DNA of 34,700 bases from a virus (taxonomy: Duplodnaviria > Caudoviricetes): IMG/VR virus record IMGVR_UViG_3300046788_000074, positions 1 to 34,700 of that record. The stretch is one strand, 5' to 3'. Positions 1 to 8,383 of this stretch are shown here, one piece after another. Within the stretch, counting starts at the first letter, position 1, and each line of letters opens with the position of its first letter. The position numbers and the translations under genes are program-made. The notes below the pieces were generated by a model. That model did no database searches and was not told where the DNA came from. It was given only the letters and a program-made list of their open reading frames with translations.

Positions 1-61
1 GCTTTCGCAGGATCCCGCGCATTCGCAATCCAACTTCCTGGGGGATCGGCTTTTCCATCAT
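1..61 (-). CDS. N-terminus of a probable cI-like HTH repressor (runs off the window)
   Basis: Minus strand reads MMEKPIPQEVGLRMRGILRK from ATG at 61, preceded by SD-like GGTGAG. It is divergent from a cro-like gene. Only 20 codons are visible. Confidence 0.55.
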   Translation of the reverse strand, partial: MMEKPIPQEVGLRMRGILRK

Positions 62-98
62 ATGCTCACCAGCGTCCGCTTCCCCATTCTCGCATACT

Positions 99-164
99 GA
101 CAGATTATCTGTCTGCCCCTAGAAAGTTGTCTCCTTGCCAAAAAGTAAGTTGTCAGCCTATCGT
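99..164. promoter_or_regulatory. Genetic switch region with operator palindrome, half-sites and rightward promoter
   Basis: Perfect inverted repeat GACAGAT-T-ATCTGTC (99-113); AAGTTGTC at 124 and 147; TTGCCA (135-140) - 18 bp - TATCGT (159-164) upstream of cro. Confidence 0.6.
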
Positions 165-173
165 GGCAGGACA

Positions 174-401
174 ATGACAACGGCCAAGCTGTTCCGGCTG
201 TTTGGCGGGCGGGAGGTCGTGATGTCTGTCTCGGGCGTCTCCCGGCAGGCCGCCAATCACTGGCTGAGGAACGGTGTGCCGTATCGGCACTGGCCGGCGC
301 TACGGGCTGCGGCTGAGGAGGCGGGCATTCCAGGGATCACCGATACAGCACTGGCTTCCACCCGGCCCGATTGGCGCCGTGCGCAGCGGGCCGCCGAGTG
401 A
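174..401 (+). CDS. Cro-like HTH regulator
   Basis: 75 aa with LFGG...SGVSRQAANHWLRNGVPYRHW, a Cro/YdaS-like pattern; first gene of the rightward operon. Confidence 0.75.
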   Translation: MTTAKLFRLFGGREVVMSVSGVSRQAANHWLRNGVPYRHWPALRAAAEEAGIPGITDTALASTRPDWRRAQRAAE

Positions 402-859
402 TGCCGGTCTATTTCATCCGCGCGGGGGATACCGGGCCGGTCAAGATCGGCTGGGCGGACGATGTCGAGGCGCGGCGTAAGCAACTTCAGGTCAGCAACC
501 ACGCGCTGCTGCGGATAATCCGCACCATCGAATGTGGTCGGCAGGCTGAAGGCTGGATGCATGAGTATTTCGCGGCTCGACGGCTGGAAGGGGAATGGTT
601 CCAGTTCGATACTGAGATGCTTGTCATCGAGCCACCTGATCTTGGACCACCCAAAGCGAACTGGCGGGCAAGAAAAGCGGCGTGGCGGGCGAAAAAGGCG
701 ACGATGCGGCCGGTGTCATGGGCTGCTGACAGATGCACCATACAGCGCCCTTGTACGCAGTGTCTGGGCCTACTCCCCGGTCTGAACCCCGAATACCTCT
801 ACTGGACCACGCCGCGCCCCCATCGCCGTGGGTTGGGCTTAGCGGAGGCCGCCGAGTGA
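401..859 (+). CDS. T5orf172/MUG113 family (GIY-YIG superfamily) protein
   Basis: VYFI...GPVKIGWA.DVEARRKQLQ...EGWMHEYFAARRLEGEWF motif; start overlaps the cro stop (GTG at 398 is an alternative). Confidence 0.8.
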   Translation: MPVYFIRAGDTGPVKIGWADDVEARRKQLQVSNHALLRIIRTIECGRQAEGWMHEYFAARRLEGEWFQFDTEMLVIEPPDLGPPKANWRARKAAWRAKKATMRPVSWAADRCTIQRPCTQCLGLLPGLNPEYLYWTTPRPHRRGLGLAEAAE

Positions 860-1260
860 GCGGCGCGTTCGCCACTGCGTCGCTGCTGCCCGAGCCGCCC
901 CGGCGCCGGCACGAGGAGGACGACCTCCAGGCGCAGGTGGTGGAGTACCTCCGCTGGGCGCTGCCGGATGCCGTGGTCCACCACAGCCCCGGCGAGGGCA
1001 AACGCACCAAGGCCGCCCAGGCCAGGCTGAAGCGCTCCGGCTACTGCACTGGCTGGCCGGACCTCGAGATCGCCTGGCGCTCGCGGACCTACTTCATTGA
1101 GCTGAAGGCGGCGCGCGGCACGTTATCGCCCGCACAGAGGGAGACGCATCGGCGGCTGATCTATGCCGGGTTCGACGTGATGCTGTGCAAATCGCTGCCG
1201 CAGGTCGAGGCCAGCCTGCGGGAATGCGGCGTGCATGTGCGGGCGACGGTGGCGGCATGA
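856..1260 (+). CDS. VRR-NUC domain nuclease (putative Holliday junction resolvase)
   Basis: E..LQ..V, GWPDL, FIELK..GTLSPAQ motifs; GTGA coupling at 856-859. Confidence 0.85.
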   Translation: MSGAFATASLLPEPPRRRHEEDDLQAQVVEYLRWALPDAVVHHSPGEGKRTKAAQARLKRSGYCTGWPDLEIAWRSRTYFIELKAARGTLSPAQRETHRRLIYAGFDVMLCKSLPQVEASLRECGVHVRATVAA

Positions 1261-1487
1261 AGCGCGTGCGGCCATGCGAGTATTGCGGTACGTGGTACCT
1301 GCCATCGAAAGCCGGCTCGCGGTTCTGCACGCGGCGCTGCGCGGCCCAGAGCCAGGGACAGCCTGTGCCGCCCCGCCCGCTCTACGCCTACAACGGCCGG
1401 CTTTCGGATGGGCTGTGGCGGGAGATCCACGCGGCGCGGGCTGAGATGGCGACGGCGCCGCTGTATCGGCCGGGGAGCGTGGGATGA
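1257..1487 (+). CDS. Small Zn-finger protein
   Basis: CEYCG...RFCTRRC; ATGA coupling at both ends. Confidence 0.65.
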   Translation: MKRVRPCEYCGTWYLPSKAGSRFCTRRCAAQSQGQPVPPRPLYAYNGRLSDGLWREIHAARAEMATAPLYRPGSVG

Positions 1488-2077
1488 GCGATGGTACGCA
1501 GCTCGTCCGGTACGATGCGATGTGCCGCGCCATCGCGGAGGCACATGCGGTCGATGAGGTGAAGGACATCCGCGACAAGGCGCGTGCCATCGAGATGTAT
1601 GCGCGCCAGGCGCAGAACACTGAAGCCGAGGAACGGGCGCGCGAAATCAGGCTACGGGCTGAACGCAAGTGCGGGCAGATGCTGGCGGATGGTAGCGATC
1701 GAGCCGAGCGCGGCAGGCCAGCGAAAATGTCAGATGAGCGGACATTATCCGACCTCAACATCAGCCGAAACCAATCATCGCAATGGCAAAAACTAGCGGC
1801 TGTACCTGAAGACTTGTTTGAGCAGGCACTTGCGGAACCGAACGCTTCCACCAGCGGCATCATTATGCGTCACGAGGTAGCGGAACGACCGCCCGGCCTG
1901 GTTATGAGCAACCATCAAGCATTGTGGCTCTGGGGATGCCTCCAGGATTTCGAGCGCGACGGGATACTGGATGAAGATCCTAACGAGCTGATCGCGACAA
2001 TGCTCGATCACATGCAGACAACAACACGGGACTTGGTGCCGCGTGTCATGGCGTGGCTGGGGAGGATCGGCAAATGA
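1484..2077 (+). CDS. Phage hypothetical protein (helical, possible HTH)
   Basis: 197 aa with ATGA overlaps; LVRYDAMCRAIAEAHAVDEVKDIRDKA N-terminus resembles common phage early proteins. Confidence 0.7.
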   Translation: MSDGTQLVRYDAMCRAIAEAHAVDEVKDIRDKARAIEMYARQAQNTEAEERAREIRLRAERKCGQMLADGSDRAERGRPAKMSDERTLSDLNISRNQSSQWQKLAAVPEDLFEQALAEPNASTSGIIMRHEVAERPPGLVMSNHQALWLWGCLQDFERDGILDEDPNELIATMLDHMQTTTRDLVPRVMAWLGRIGK

Positions 2078-2532
2078 GTGAAGGGGATGTGTTAGCCGAC
2101 GCCGTCCGCCGAATGTACGAGATCAATCGCTTCGTGGTCGCCATCGATCCCGAGTTCCTTGCCAAGGGGGCGATGGATATCATCCAGTTCGATAAGTCCT
2201 TGCACCCGGTTGGCTGGGTTGGTTGCAATCTGCACTGCCGCCAACTCGCGCGAGCGTTCTGCCGACGGAACTTTGATGCTGCGGCTCACGCCCTGTCCGA
2301 CGCTGCGATCAACGGCGAGCTGTTCCCCGACACGCTACAAGACCGCTACCCGCGCCAGCTACAGAAGGGCAAGGAGCCTGAGTATGTGCTTCGGGATCAT
2401 CTGAGCGAGGACGATCGCTGGTTCAATATCGACCGGCTACGCGGCACCGCGCAGGCGCTGCAGAAGCACGCCAGGGCGTTGGAGACAGAGACGCTGGCAA
2501 CGTTCGGCCCCCGCAAGGGCCGCGCCGCATGA
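2074..2532 (+). CDS. Hypothetical protein
   Basis: ATGA coupling, GGAGG SD upstream, protein-like composition. Confidence 0.7.
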   Translation: MSEGDVLADAVRRMYEINRFVVAIDPEFLAKGAMDIIQFDKSLHPVGWVGCNLHCRQLARAFCRRNFDAAAHALSDAAINGELFPDTLQDRYPRQLQKGKEPEYVLRDHLSEDDRWFNIDRLRGTAQALQKHARALETETLATFGPRKGRAA

Positions 2533-2693
2533 AGCCCTTCCGACTCAACGCGTTACGCGCTACAAATGACCACGCCCCCCGTGTTGGAAGCACGGAGGGC
2601 GCTGAAACTGTAACCAACGGCCGAGGCCGCGAGAAGGAGCTGATACCCCTTTTCTCGCACACCTCTGAGCCGCAACGCAAGAGGTGTGCCTTC

Positions 2694-2954
2694 ATGTCAT
2701 CCAATCGTCCTGTGGATATCCGTGGCCGCGAGCATCGCCGCATGCTGCTGGCGATCGTGCTGCGCTGCGCCGAGCGTGGCTGCCGACTGCCGCAATACCG
2801 AGTGCTGGGCCGGGCGCTGGGCATCGACCGCAGCCAGATATCCCGCCATCTCAAGCGGTTACGTGCCGAGGGGGCCTACGTCGAGTTGCCGGCCGGGCAC
2901 TGGCGCAGGCACGTCACCACCACCCGCAACGAGCATCTGAGGATCGCGGCATGA
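2694..2954 (+). CDS. Small winged-HTH protein (alternative start 2529)
   Basis: LPQYRVLGRALGIDRSQISRHLKRLRAEG HTH; GAGGT SD before ATG 2694. Confidence 0.65.
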   Translation: MSSNRPVDIRGREHRRMLLAIVLRCAERGCRLPQYRVLGRALGIDRSQISRHLKRLRAEGAYVELPAGHWRRHVTTTRNEHLRIAA

Positions 2955-3733
2955 GCAACGGCAACGGCCACCACTGGTCCAAGTTCGCCTGGCGCGACTG
3001 GTCGGGCGACAAGGCGCTGCATTCCTGCACGATCGCGGCCCGCGGCTTCTGGGTCGAGGTGCTGTGCATCATGCACGAGGGCGATCCGGTCGGGCACCTG
3101 ACCATGAACGGCAGGCCGGCAACCCTGCGGCAGATCGCATCCAGCGCGAATGTCACCGAGAAAGAAGCCCTCAAGCTGCTCGCTGAACTCGAGGAGGCAG
3201 GGGTATTCAGCCGAACCCCCGATGGCACGATCTACTGCCGCCGGATGGTTAGAGATACCGCCGCCTCTGAGGTTGGCCGGACTAACGCCGTGAAACGATG
3301 GAACGCCACACACCCTAATGGGGCCCCCAATGGGGGGGCCATGCACAAACCCAATGGGGTAGCCAATGGGGAGGCCAGTGGGGAAGCCAATGGGGCCCCC
3401 AATGCTAAGAACTTAGAGTCAGAGTCAGAGTTAGAAGAAAGACCCTCCCGTAGCCCTCCCACCGCTGACGCGGCAGGAGGGCTCCCCGCCGCTGACGCGG
3501 CAGGGCCCCTGACGAGAACGCGCGCCAATGGCCAAAATCCCAGGGTTCAAGGCACCAACCCCAGAGCCGCAGCACGGCGGGCGGGCGGCTTCGTGAGCGG
3601 CGGCATCGCCGTCCTCGCCGAGCGACTGCTCCAGGTCGCGGCCGCAAACCAGCCGCAGCACCCCGACGATGACCTGACCGATGAGCGGAGCTACTTCCCC
3701 GGACTCAAAGTCGTGGAGGGTGGCCGTGGCTGA
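2951..3733 (+). CDS. Phage replication initiator (lambda O-like organisation)
   Basis: N-terminal WSKFAWRDW..D..L..C...ARGFW winged-helix-type domain, followed by internal iterons and an ESESELE linker. Confidence 0.75.
   Translation: MSNGNGHHWSKFAWRDWSGDKALHSCTIAARGFWVEVLCIMHEGDPVGHLTMNGRPATLRQIASSANVTEKEALKLLAELEEAGVFSRTPDGTIYCRRMVRDTAASEVGRTNAVKRWNATHPNGAPNGGAMHKPNGVANGEASGEANGAPNAKNLESESELEERPSRSPPTADAAGGLPAADAAGPLTRTRANGQNPRVQGTNPRAAARRAGGFVSGGIAVLAERLLQVAAANQPQHPDDDLTDERSYFPGLKVVEGGRG
3315..3405 (+). repeat. Iteron array, probable replication origin
   Basis: CCAATGGGG-like units on an exact 12-bp period at 3315, 3327, 3351, 3363, 3375, 3387 and 3399 (3339 degenerate), inside the initiator gene. 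Confidence 0.8.
3462..3504 (+). repeat. 16-bp direct repeat CCGCTGACGCGGCAGG
   Basis: Identical copies at 3462-3477 and 3489-3504, next to the iterons. Confidence 0.8.
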
Positions 3734-4229
3734 CCCAGCAATCGTTCACGACTGGCTAACATATCTCGCGGCGCTTAACGTCGGCGGCCTCGGCAAAGAC
3801 GAGGTCGAGCTCCGCCTCGCCGTGCTCGCTCCAGCGCTTGCCGAGGAGTTCGCCGACGAAGCCTTCACACCCGCCACAGCCCGCGCCGTAGCCCGCAAGC
3901 ATACCCGGTATTTCCCAACCTTCGGCGAGCTCTGCCAAACTCTCGAGCCGCTGCTACAGCAACACCGGGAGCGCAGACGCTTCTTGGCCCTGCCGCCGCC
4001 TCGCGCCGAAAATCGGGAACCATACAAACTCCCACCACCACCACCCGAGCGTAAACCGCGCCACCTCGGGCCACTCTCCCGCGACGAAATCCATGAACTG
4101 ATCCAGAAACCCGTCCGCACCGTCGCACAGCAACTCGCTGAACTAGGGTTCGCCGAGCCACCGCCCATGAAGGCCGCCGCCGCATCGATCAATGCTGAAA
4201 CCAAACATGGGCTGCCAGTCGATGCGTGA
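3726..4229 (+). CDS. Hypothetical protein, possible helicase loader/inhibitor
   Basis: Directly after the initiator; YFPTFGEL resembles the F-P-(S/T)-x-x-E motif of loader-like proteins. Confidence 0.55.
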   Translation: MADPAIVHDWLTYLAALNVGGLGKDEVELRLAVLAPALAEEFADEAFTPATARAVARKHTRYFPTFGELCQTLEPLLQQHRERRRFLALPPPRAENREPYKLPPPPPERKPRHLGPLSRDEIHELIQKPVRTVAQQLAELGFAEPPPMKAAAASINAETKHGLPVDA

Positions 4230-4235
4230 CGCCGC

Positions 4236-4655
4236 ATGACCCCCACCGAGCAACCCATCGTCCAGGCCGCCGCACCAGACGACGACGTCGCCGTCATGCG
4301 CGAAATCCTCCGCCAGGCCTTCTGGGACCTCGCATACCACGAGGCACAACTGCCAAAAGCTCACCGAAACATGGCCAACAGGCGCGCTCTCCTCGAACGC
4401 GCCGGCATGGTCATCGAACTCAGGCAGGCTCAGGAAACCTTCGACGCCGTTGAGGAGGAAGGCGATATCAAGGACGCCAACCAATACGCCGCATGGCTGC
4501 TGGCCGACGCCGCCCAAACCATCGCCTACCACGAAAAAGAACTCACCAGAGCCCACATCAAACTCGCCAACGCAAAAGCCCTGATGCGCCGCGCCAACCT
4601 CGATCTCCCACTCGCCGACATCGAAGCAAAAGCCCACGAGACCGACAGTGCTTGA
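4236..4655 (+). CDS. Hypothetical helical protein
   Basis: 139 aa, codon usage like its neighbours. Confidence 0.65.
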   Translation: MTPTEQPIVQAAAPDDDVAVMREILRQAFWDLAYHEAQLPKAHRNMANRRALLERAGMVIELRQAQETFDAVEEEGDIKDANQYAAWLLADAAQTIAYHEKELTRAHIKLANAKALMRRANLDLPLADIEAKAHETDSA

Positions 4656-5226
4656 CGCCGAACCACACACCCGGTTAGATGACCACCAACAGGATACGGG
4701 GCACGCCACGCATTTTGCCCCCACGCCTAGCGGATGCCGTCACACCTGGCACGTCGTCGCCTCCTACCCAAAAGCCGAGCGCCGCGCCCACGCAGCCCTC
4801 CACCTCAAGGGCTATGAGCCATATCTCCCGCTGCTCACCACCAGACGCCCAGACCGCTCCTGGCACACCGCCGCGCTGTTCCCAGGCTACCTGTTCATCC
4901 GCCTCGACCTGCAGCGCCCCTGGTATCCAATCCGCTACGCTCCAGGCGTCTACAGCCTCATTCTCACCGAGGGCGTCCCCAGCATATGCCCAGATGCCGT
5001 AATCAGCGTGCTACAGGCCGGCGACGCTCTGAGGGCTACCCCGATACCAGAAAGCCGCTACTGGGCGCCTGGAGCCGCCGTAGCCGTCTCTAGGGGGGCG
5101 TTTGCTCAGCACCAGGGAGTGCTGCTCGAGGTGGCGAAGGATCGGGCATCGGTCCTCCTGATGGTGTTCGGACAACTGCGCTCTGTGTCCGTGGACCTCG
5201 ACTGCCTGGAAAATCCTGCCGGTTGA
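4648..5226 (+). CDS. NusG/RfaH-family transcription antiterminator
   Basis: NGN domain WHVV..YPKAERRA...YLP...LFPGYLFIRLD and KOW domain G.AVAV.RGAFA...GV; sits where Q would be. True start may lie slightly downstream. Confidence 0.9.
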   Translation: MLDAEPHTRLDDHQQDTGHATHFAPTPSGCRHTWHVVASYPKAERRAHAALHLKGYEPYLPLLTTRRPDRSWHTAALFPGYLFIRLDLQRPWYPIRYAPGVYSLILTEGVPSICPDAVISVLQAGDALRATPIPESRYWAPGAAVAVSRGAFAQHQGVLLEVAKDRASVLLMVFGQLRSVSVDLDCLENPAG

Positions 5227-5689
5227 AGGAGATAACTCGCTGCTCACGGTCCACGTAGAGAAGTCTTACTCCAGCCAAGGCCTGAGCCTTCGTCCCCTTG
5301 GTGCTAGGTTTGCCACCGACAGCCGTGCTCTTCACGTCAATCAGAATGGGGGCATCGCCAGGTTTCCAGACGACATAGTCGGCCAGTCCGCTTTGACTGA
5401 TGTTACGAAACACTTCGTATCCCTGGCGAAGAAGCCACTCGCAGGCCATGATCTCAGACAGCGCCCCAAGATGCTTGTTGTCGACCCCAGGGATCGAGGG
5501 TTGTCTCTTGACCTTGAATGACATTCCGCTCGTCCACAAGGGAATGCCATTGTGAGCATCACGAGCGCATTTGGCGGAACAGAACCGCCCACGACCGTCA
5601 GGATCAGCAAACTGCCGCTGCCGTCGTAGATGCATAACCTTGCCGCATTGGTAACAGGAGCGAAGGACAGGGGGTTTCGTGGTGCTCAT
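5090..5689 (-). CDS. PD-(D/E)XK homing-type endonuclease (I-Ssp6803I-like) with N-terminal Zn finger
   Basis: CYQCG...RFCSAKC, then KHLGALSEIMACEWLLRQGYEVF...DYVV...IDVKS; free-standing and antisense to its neighbours. Confidence 0.75.
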   Translation of the reverse strand: MSTTKPPVLRSCYQCGKVMHLRRQRQFADPDGRGRFCSAKCARDAHNGIPLWTSGMSFKVKRQPSIPGVDNKHLGALSEIMACEWLLRQGYEVFRNISQSGLADYVVWKPGDAPILIDVKSTAVGGKPSTKGTKAQALAGVRLLYVDREQRVISFNRQDFPGSRGPRTQSAVVRTPSGGPMPDPSPPRAALPGAEQTPP

Positions 5690-5699
5690 CTCGCCAACT

Positions 5700-5753
5700 C
5701 TCAGTAACGCTTCAATACTGTAACATGTTTGAAAAACAATCAAACTAAATCAA
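5700..5753. promoter_or_regulatory. AT-rich intergenic region, candidate divergent/late promoter region
   Basis: Sharp AT-rich tract between the divergent endonuclease gene and terS; no exact hexamers assigned. Confidence 0.4.
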
Positions 5754-6080
5754 ATGTCTGCACGCGGAGGTAGGCGCGATGGCGCGGGGCGCAAGCCTGG
5801 CGCGCCGAACAAGCTCAACGCCGATATCAAAGAGATGGTTCTGGGCGCCCTTGAGGATGTCGGCGGTCGCGGATACCTCGCAGCCCGCGCACTCGATACG
5901 CCAGCGTCGTTCCTGGCGCTCTTAGGCAAGATCCTACCAACACAGCTAACCGGTGAGAACGGCGCCCCGATTGCGGTCGATTTCCGTTGGGCAGATGCGC
6001 TACCAGCGTCGCAGCAGATCGAAAGCGACGACGCTGTTGTGGTAACATTCGTAGATACAACAGGCGTGGGCGAATGCTGA
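5754..6080 (+). CDS. terS: Terminase small subunit
   Basis: GGRRDGAGRKPGAPNK N-terminus, FLALLGKILP and LTGENGAPI motifs; directly upstream of terL. Confidence 0.8.
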   Translation: MSARGGRRDGAGRKPGAPNKLNADIKEMVLGALEDVGGRGYLAARALDTPASFLALLGKILPTQLTGENGAPIAVDFRWADALPASQQIESDDAVVVTFVDTTGVGEC

Positions 6081-6168
6081 TTAGGGGACTGACAATCCCT
6101 TAATCCCCAGGCCAGCTCTGCGGGTTTTCGCAGGCTTGTTGTCCATGAGGTATCGATAAAGTATCGCA

Positions 6169-7491
6169 ATGCCGCCGCGCCATACCGTAACGCTGCCGTT
6201 CGCCCCACGCGATTGGCAAAAGCCGCTAATCGATGACCGCGCCAAGCGCATCGTCGCCGTCGTGCATCGCCGCGCCGGCAAATCCACAGCCCTGCTCTGG
6301 CGCGGCCTCAAAGTCGCCATCACATCAACCAAGCCGCTGCCGCGTGTCGTGCATATCCTGCCGTATGGCGTCATGTGGACGAGGACGGGCCTGTGGGACC
6401 AGGCGGTGCGCGCCGCCGAGGCTATACCAGGCACACAGGTTCGTCGCTCAGAGATGGCGATACGGCTGCCGAACGGCGGCACGTGGCAGGCGGGCGGCGC
6501 GGACAACCCTGACAGTTGGCGTGGCGGCTATGCCGACGAATGCATCATCGATGAGTTCGACGACACGCCGCAGTCGATGGTCCCGCTGGTGATCGAGCCA
6601 ATGCTCGCCGATCGAGACGGCACGCTGGTACGATCTGGAACGCCGAAGGGACGCGGGTTGCTTCAAGCGGCATATGATCGTGCGCGCATCTCGTCGGGGT
6701 ACTCGTCGTATTTGCTTGATTACAAGCTCACTGGCGCGCTTTCTGACGGGGCCATCGAACGCCTGCGCAACGAGATGTCCGATGAGGAATTTGCGCAAGA
6801 ACTGGAGTGTTCGTTCAACGCGCCGAACTCGGGGAGCTATTACGGGAAAAACATCGATGAGGCTGAACGCAATGGCCGCATCTGTTCCGTGCCACACGAA
6901 CCAACGCTCAAAGTATGGACTGCGTGGGACCTCGGCATCGATGACTCGACAGCAATATGGTGTTGTCAGATTACGCGCGGCGGTGATTGGCGAATGATTG
7001 ACTACATTGAGGACAGCGGGGCTGGCCTTGATCATTACGTGCGCCTCCTGCAACAGCGTCCCTACGTCTACGAGCGCCACCTTCTGCCACACGACGCCGA
7101 GGTCCGCGAGCTGGGTTCCGGCCGCTCCCGCACCGAGACGCTCAACGGCCTCGGCGTGCGGCCCACACGCACCGTGCGCGCCCACAGCGTCGCCGATGGC
7201 ATCAACGCCGTGCGGATGATCCTGCCGCGCTGCTGGTTCGATGCCGAGCGCTGCGCCAAGGGCATCCACGCGCTGCGGCACTACCGGCGGGAGTGGAACG
7301 AGGCGGCGCAGACCTGGCGCTCGGCTCCTGTGCATGATCACGCGAGCCACGGGGCTGATGCGGCGCGCTATCTGGCGCTGGGCGTGCGTGAGGCCGAGGT
7401 GAAGCCGCTGGACAGCATCATCGAGCGGCAGTTCCCGACGGAGCGGACGTTCTACGAAGGCAGCCACAATACCGGCTGGATGAGCGTATGA
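6169..7491 (+). CDS. terL: Terminase large subunit
   Basis: Walker A HRRAGKS, Walker B CIIDE, GTPKG, QELECSF, nuclease motifs WDLG.DDSTA and SHGADAARY. Confidence 0.97.
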   Translation: MPPRHTVTLPFAPRDWQKPLIDDRAKRIVAVVHRRAGKSTALLWRGLKVAITSTKPLPRVVHILPYGVMWTRTGLWDQAVRAAEAIPGTQVRRSEMAIRLPNGGTWQAGGADNPDSWRGGYADECIIDEFDDTPQSMVPLVIEPMLADRDGTLVRSGTPKGRGLLQAAYDRARISSGYSSYLLDYKLTGALSDGAIERLRNEMSDEEFAQELECSFNAPNSGSYYGKNIDEAERNGRICSVPHEPTLKVWTAWDLGIDDSTAIWCCQITRGGDWRMIDYIEDSGAGLDHYVRLLQQRPYVYERHLLPHDAEVRELGSGRSRTETLNGLGVRPTRTVRAHSVADGINAVRMILPRCWFDAERCAKGIHALRHYRREWNEAAQTWRSAPVHDHASHGADAARYLALGVREAEVKPLDSIIERQFPTERTFYEGSHNTGWMSV

Positions 7492-7870
7492 GCGACGTGG
7501 AGCTTCTCACTGGGTTTGCCCCCGCTGAATACGACTTGATGCTGGATGTTCTGAGGCGAGAGGACGAAGTCAGGGCAAGGGCAGTGGAGCGGTGGGAGCC
7601 GCGAAAGCCGACCGATGCGGAACTCATTGCTGCAGGTTGGAAATCGCCACCACCACCACCCCCGACTGAGGCTTGCTTGCTGCGGGGATTACGTAACGCG
7701 CACCGCGAGATCGGCCCGCGGCAGTGGGTGCTGTTCAGTCATGCCGGGGATGACGTGCTTCTCGCGCTTCATGACCGTGAACCCGGTCTGCTGCGCCATA
7801 AAGTGACGAAGCTCTGGGGCCATATGTGGCGCCTGAGTGCAGCCACAATACCGGCTGGATGAGCGTATGA
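7460..7870 (+). repeat. 32-bp perfect direct repeat duplicating the terL 3' end
   Basis: GCAGCCACAATACCGGCTGGATGAGCGTATGA at 7460-7491 and 7839-7870. Confidence 0.95.
7488..7862 (+). CDS. Hypothetical protein between the direct repeats
   Basis: ATGA coupling to terL; 124 aa. Confidence 0.6.
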   Translation: MSDVELLTGFAPAEYDLMLDVLRREDEVRARAVERWEPRKPTDAELIAAGWKSPPPPPPTEACLLRGLRNAHREIGPRQWVLFSHAGDDVLLALHDREPGLLRHKVTKLWGHMWRLSAATIPAG

Positions 7871-8334
7871 CGGATTATGCCGCCAGGGAGGGCCGACGGG
7901 AGTGGAAGAACCCAGGCAGCCATGATCCGTTGGCGATCATTCATCTTCGCTGCACGAATTGCGGTTATGGGCGCATGCGTCGCCAGCGGATGACCGAGGC
8001 TCGCATTAAGGAGATCGTCGATGGCAAAAGTAATGGCAGGTTTCTGCATCAATGCGATCTCTGCGGGTATCCGGAATGGGTGAATGGCTCGTATCCCCGG
8101 CCGCTGTGGCCGTGGGACATGGAAGCCTATCAACAGGTGGAAGTAAGGGAGAGCACACACCATGAGCCACACGACAGCCACGGCCACGACCCACCACGTG
8201 CCACCGAAGGTGAAGCTCGAGCTGCTGGTCGCGCTGCTGGCGGCCGACGTGTGCCACGGCGACGCGCACTATCGGGCGCAGATCCAGGAGATGGCGCTTC
8301 GGCTGCTGACGGAGCTCGGCGAGGAGGGGGCTGA
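7867..8334 (+). CDS. Hypothetical Zn-ribbon protein
   Basis: CTNCG...CDLCG; ATG lies in the second repeat copy; C-terminal part overlaps the next ORF and may be non-functional read-on. Confidence 0.55.
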   Translation: MTDYAAREGRREWKNPGSHDPLAIIHLRCTNCGYGRMRRQRMTEARIKEIVDGKSNGRFLHQCDLCGYPEWVNGSYPRPLWPWDMEAYQQVEVRESTHHEPHDSHGHDPPRATEGEARAAGRAAGGRRVPRRRALSGADPGDGASAADGARRGGG

Positions 8335-8383
8335 GGCAAAGGGGCGGCTGGCAGGAGCAGCGCAGTCGACGCTGGCCGCGTAA
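8162..8383 (+). CDS. Small hypothetical protein
   Basis: AAGGGAGAG SD-like sequence upstream, high GC3 codons, ends LAA. Confidence 0.6.
   Translation: MSHTTATATTHHVPPKVKLELLVALLAADVCHGDAHYRAQIQEMALRLLTELGEEGAEAKGRLAGAAQSTLAA

Noticed and set aside
1255-2535. GCATGAAGC repeated at two gene junctions
   Set aside because: Only 9 bp, explained by the common Ala-stop/Met-Lys coupling.
2684-2950. N-terminal extensions in the ORF track (e.g. starts at 2684, 733, 28610, 29753)
   Set aside because: They overlap upstream genes; coupled downstream starts fit better.
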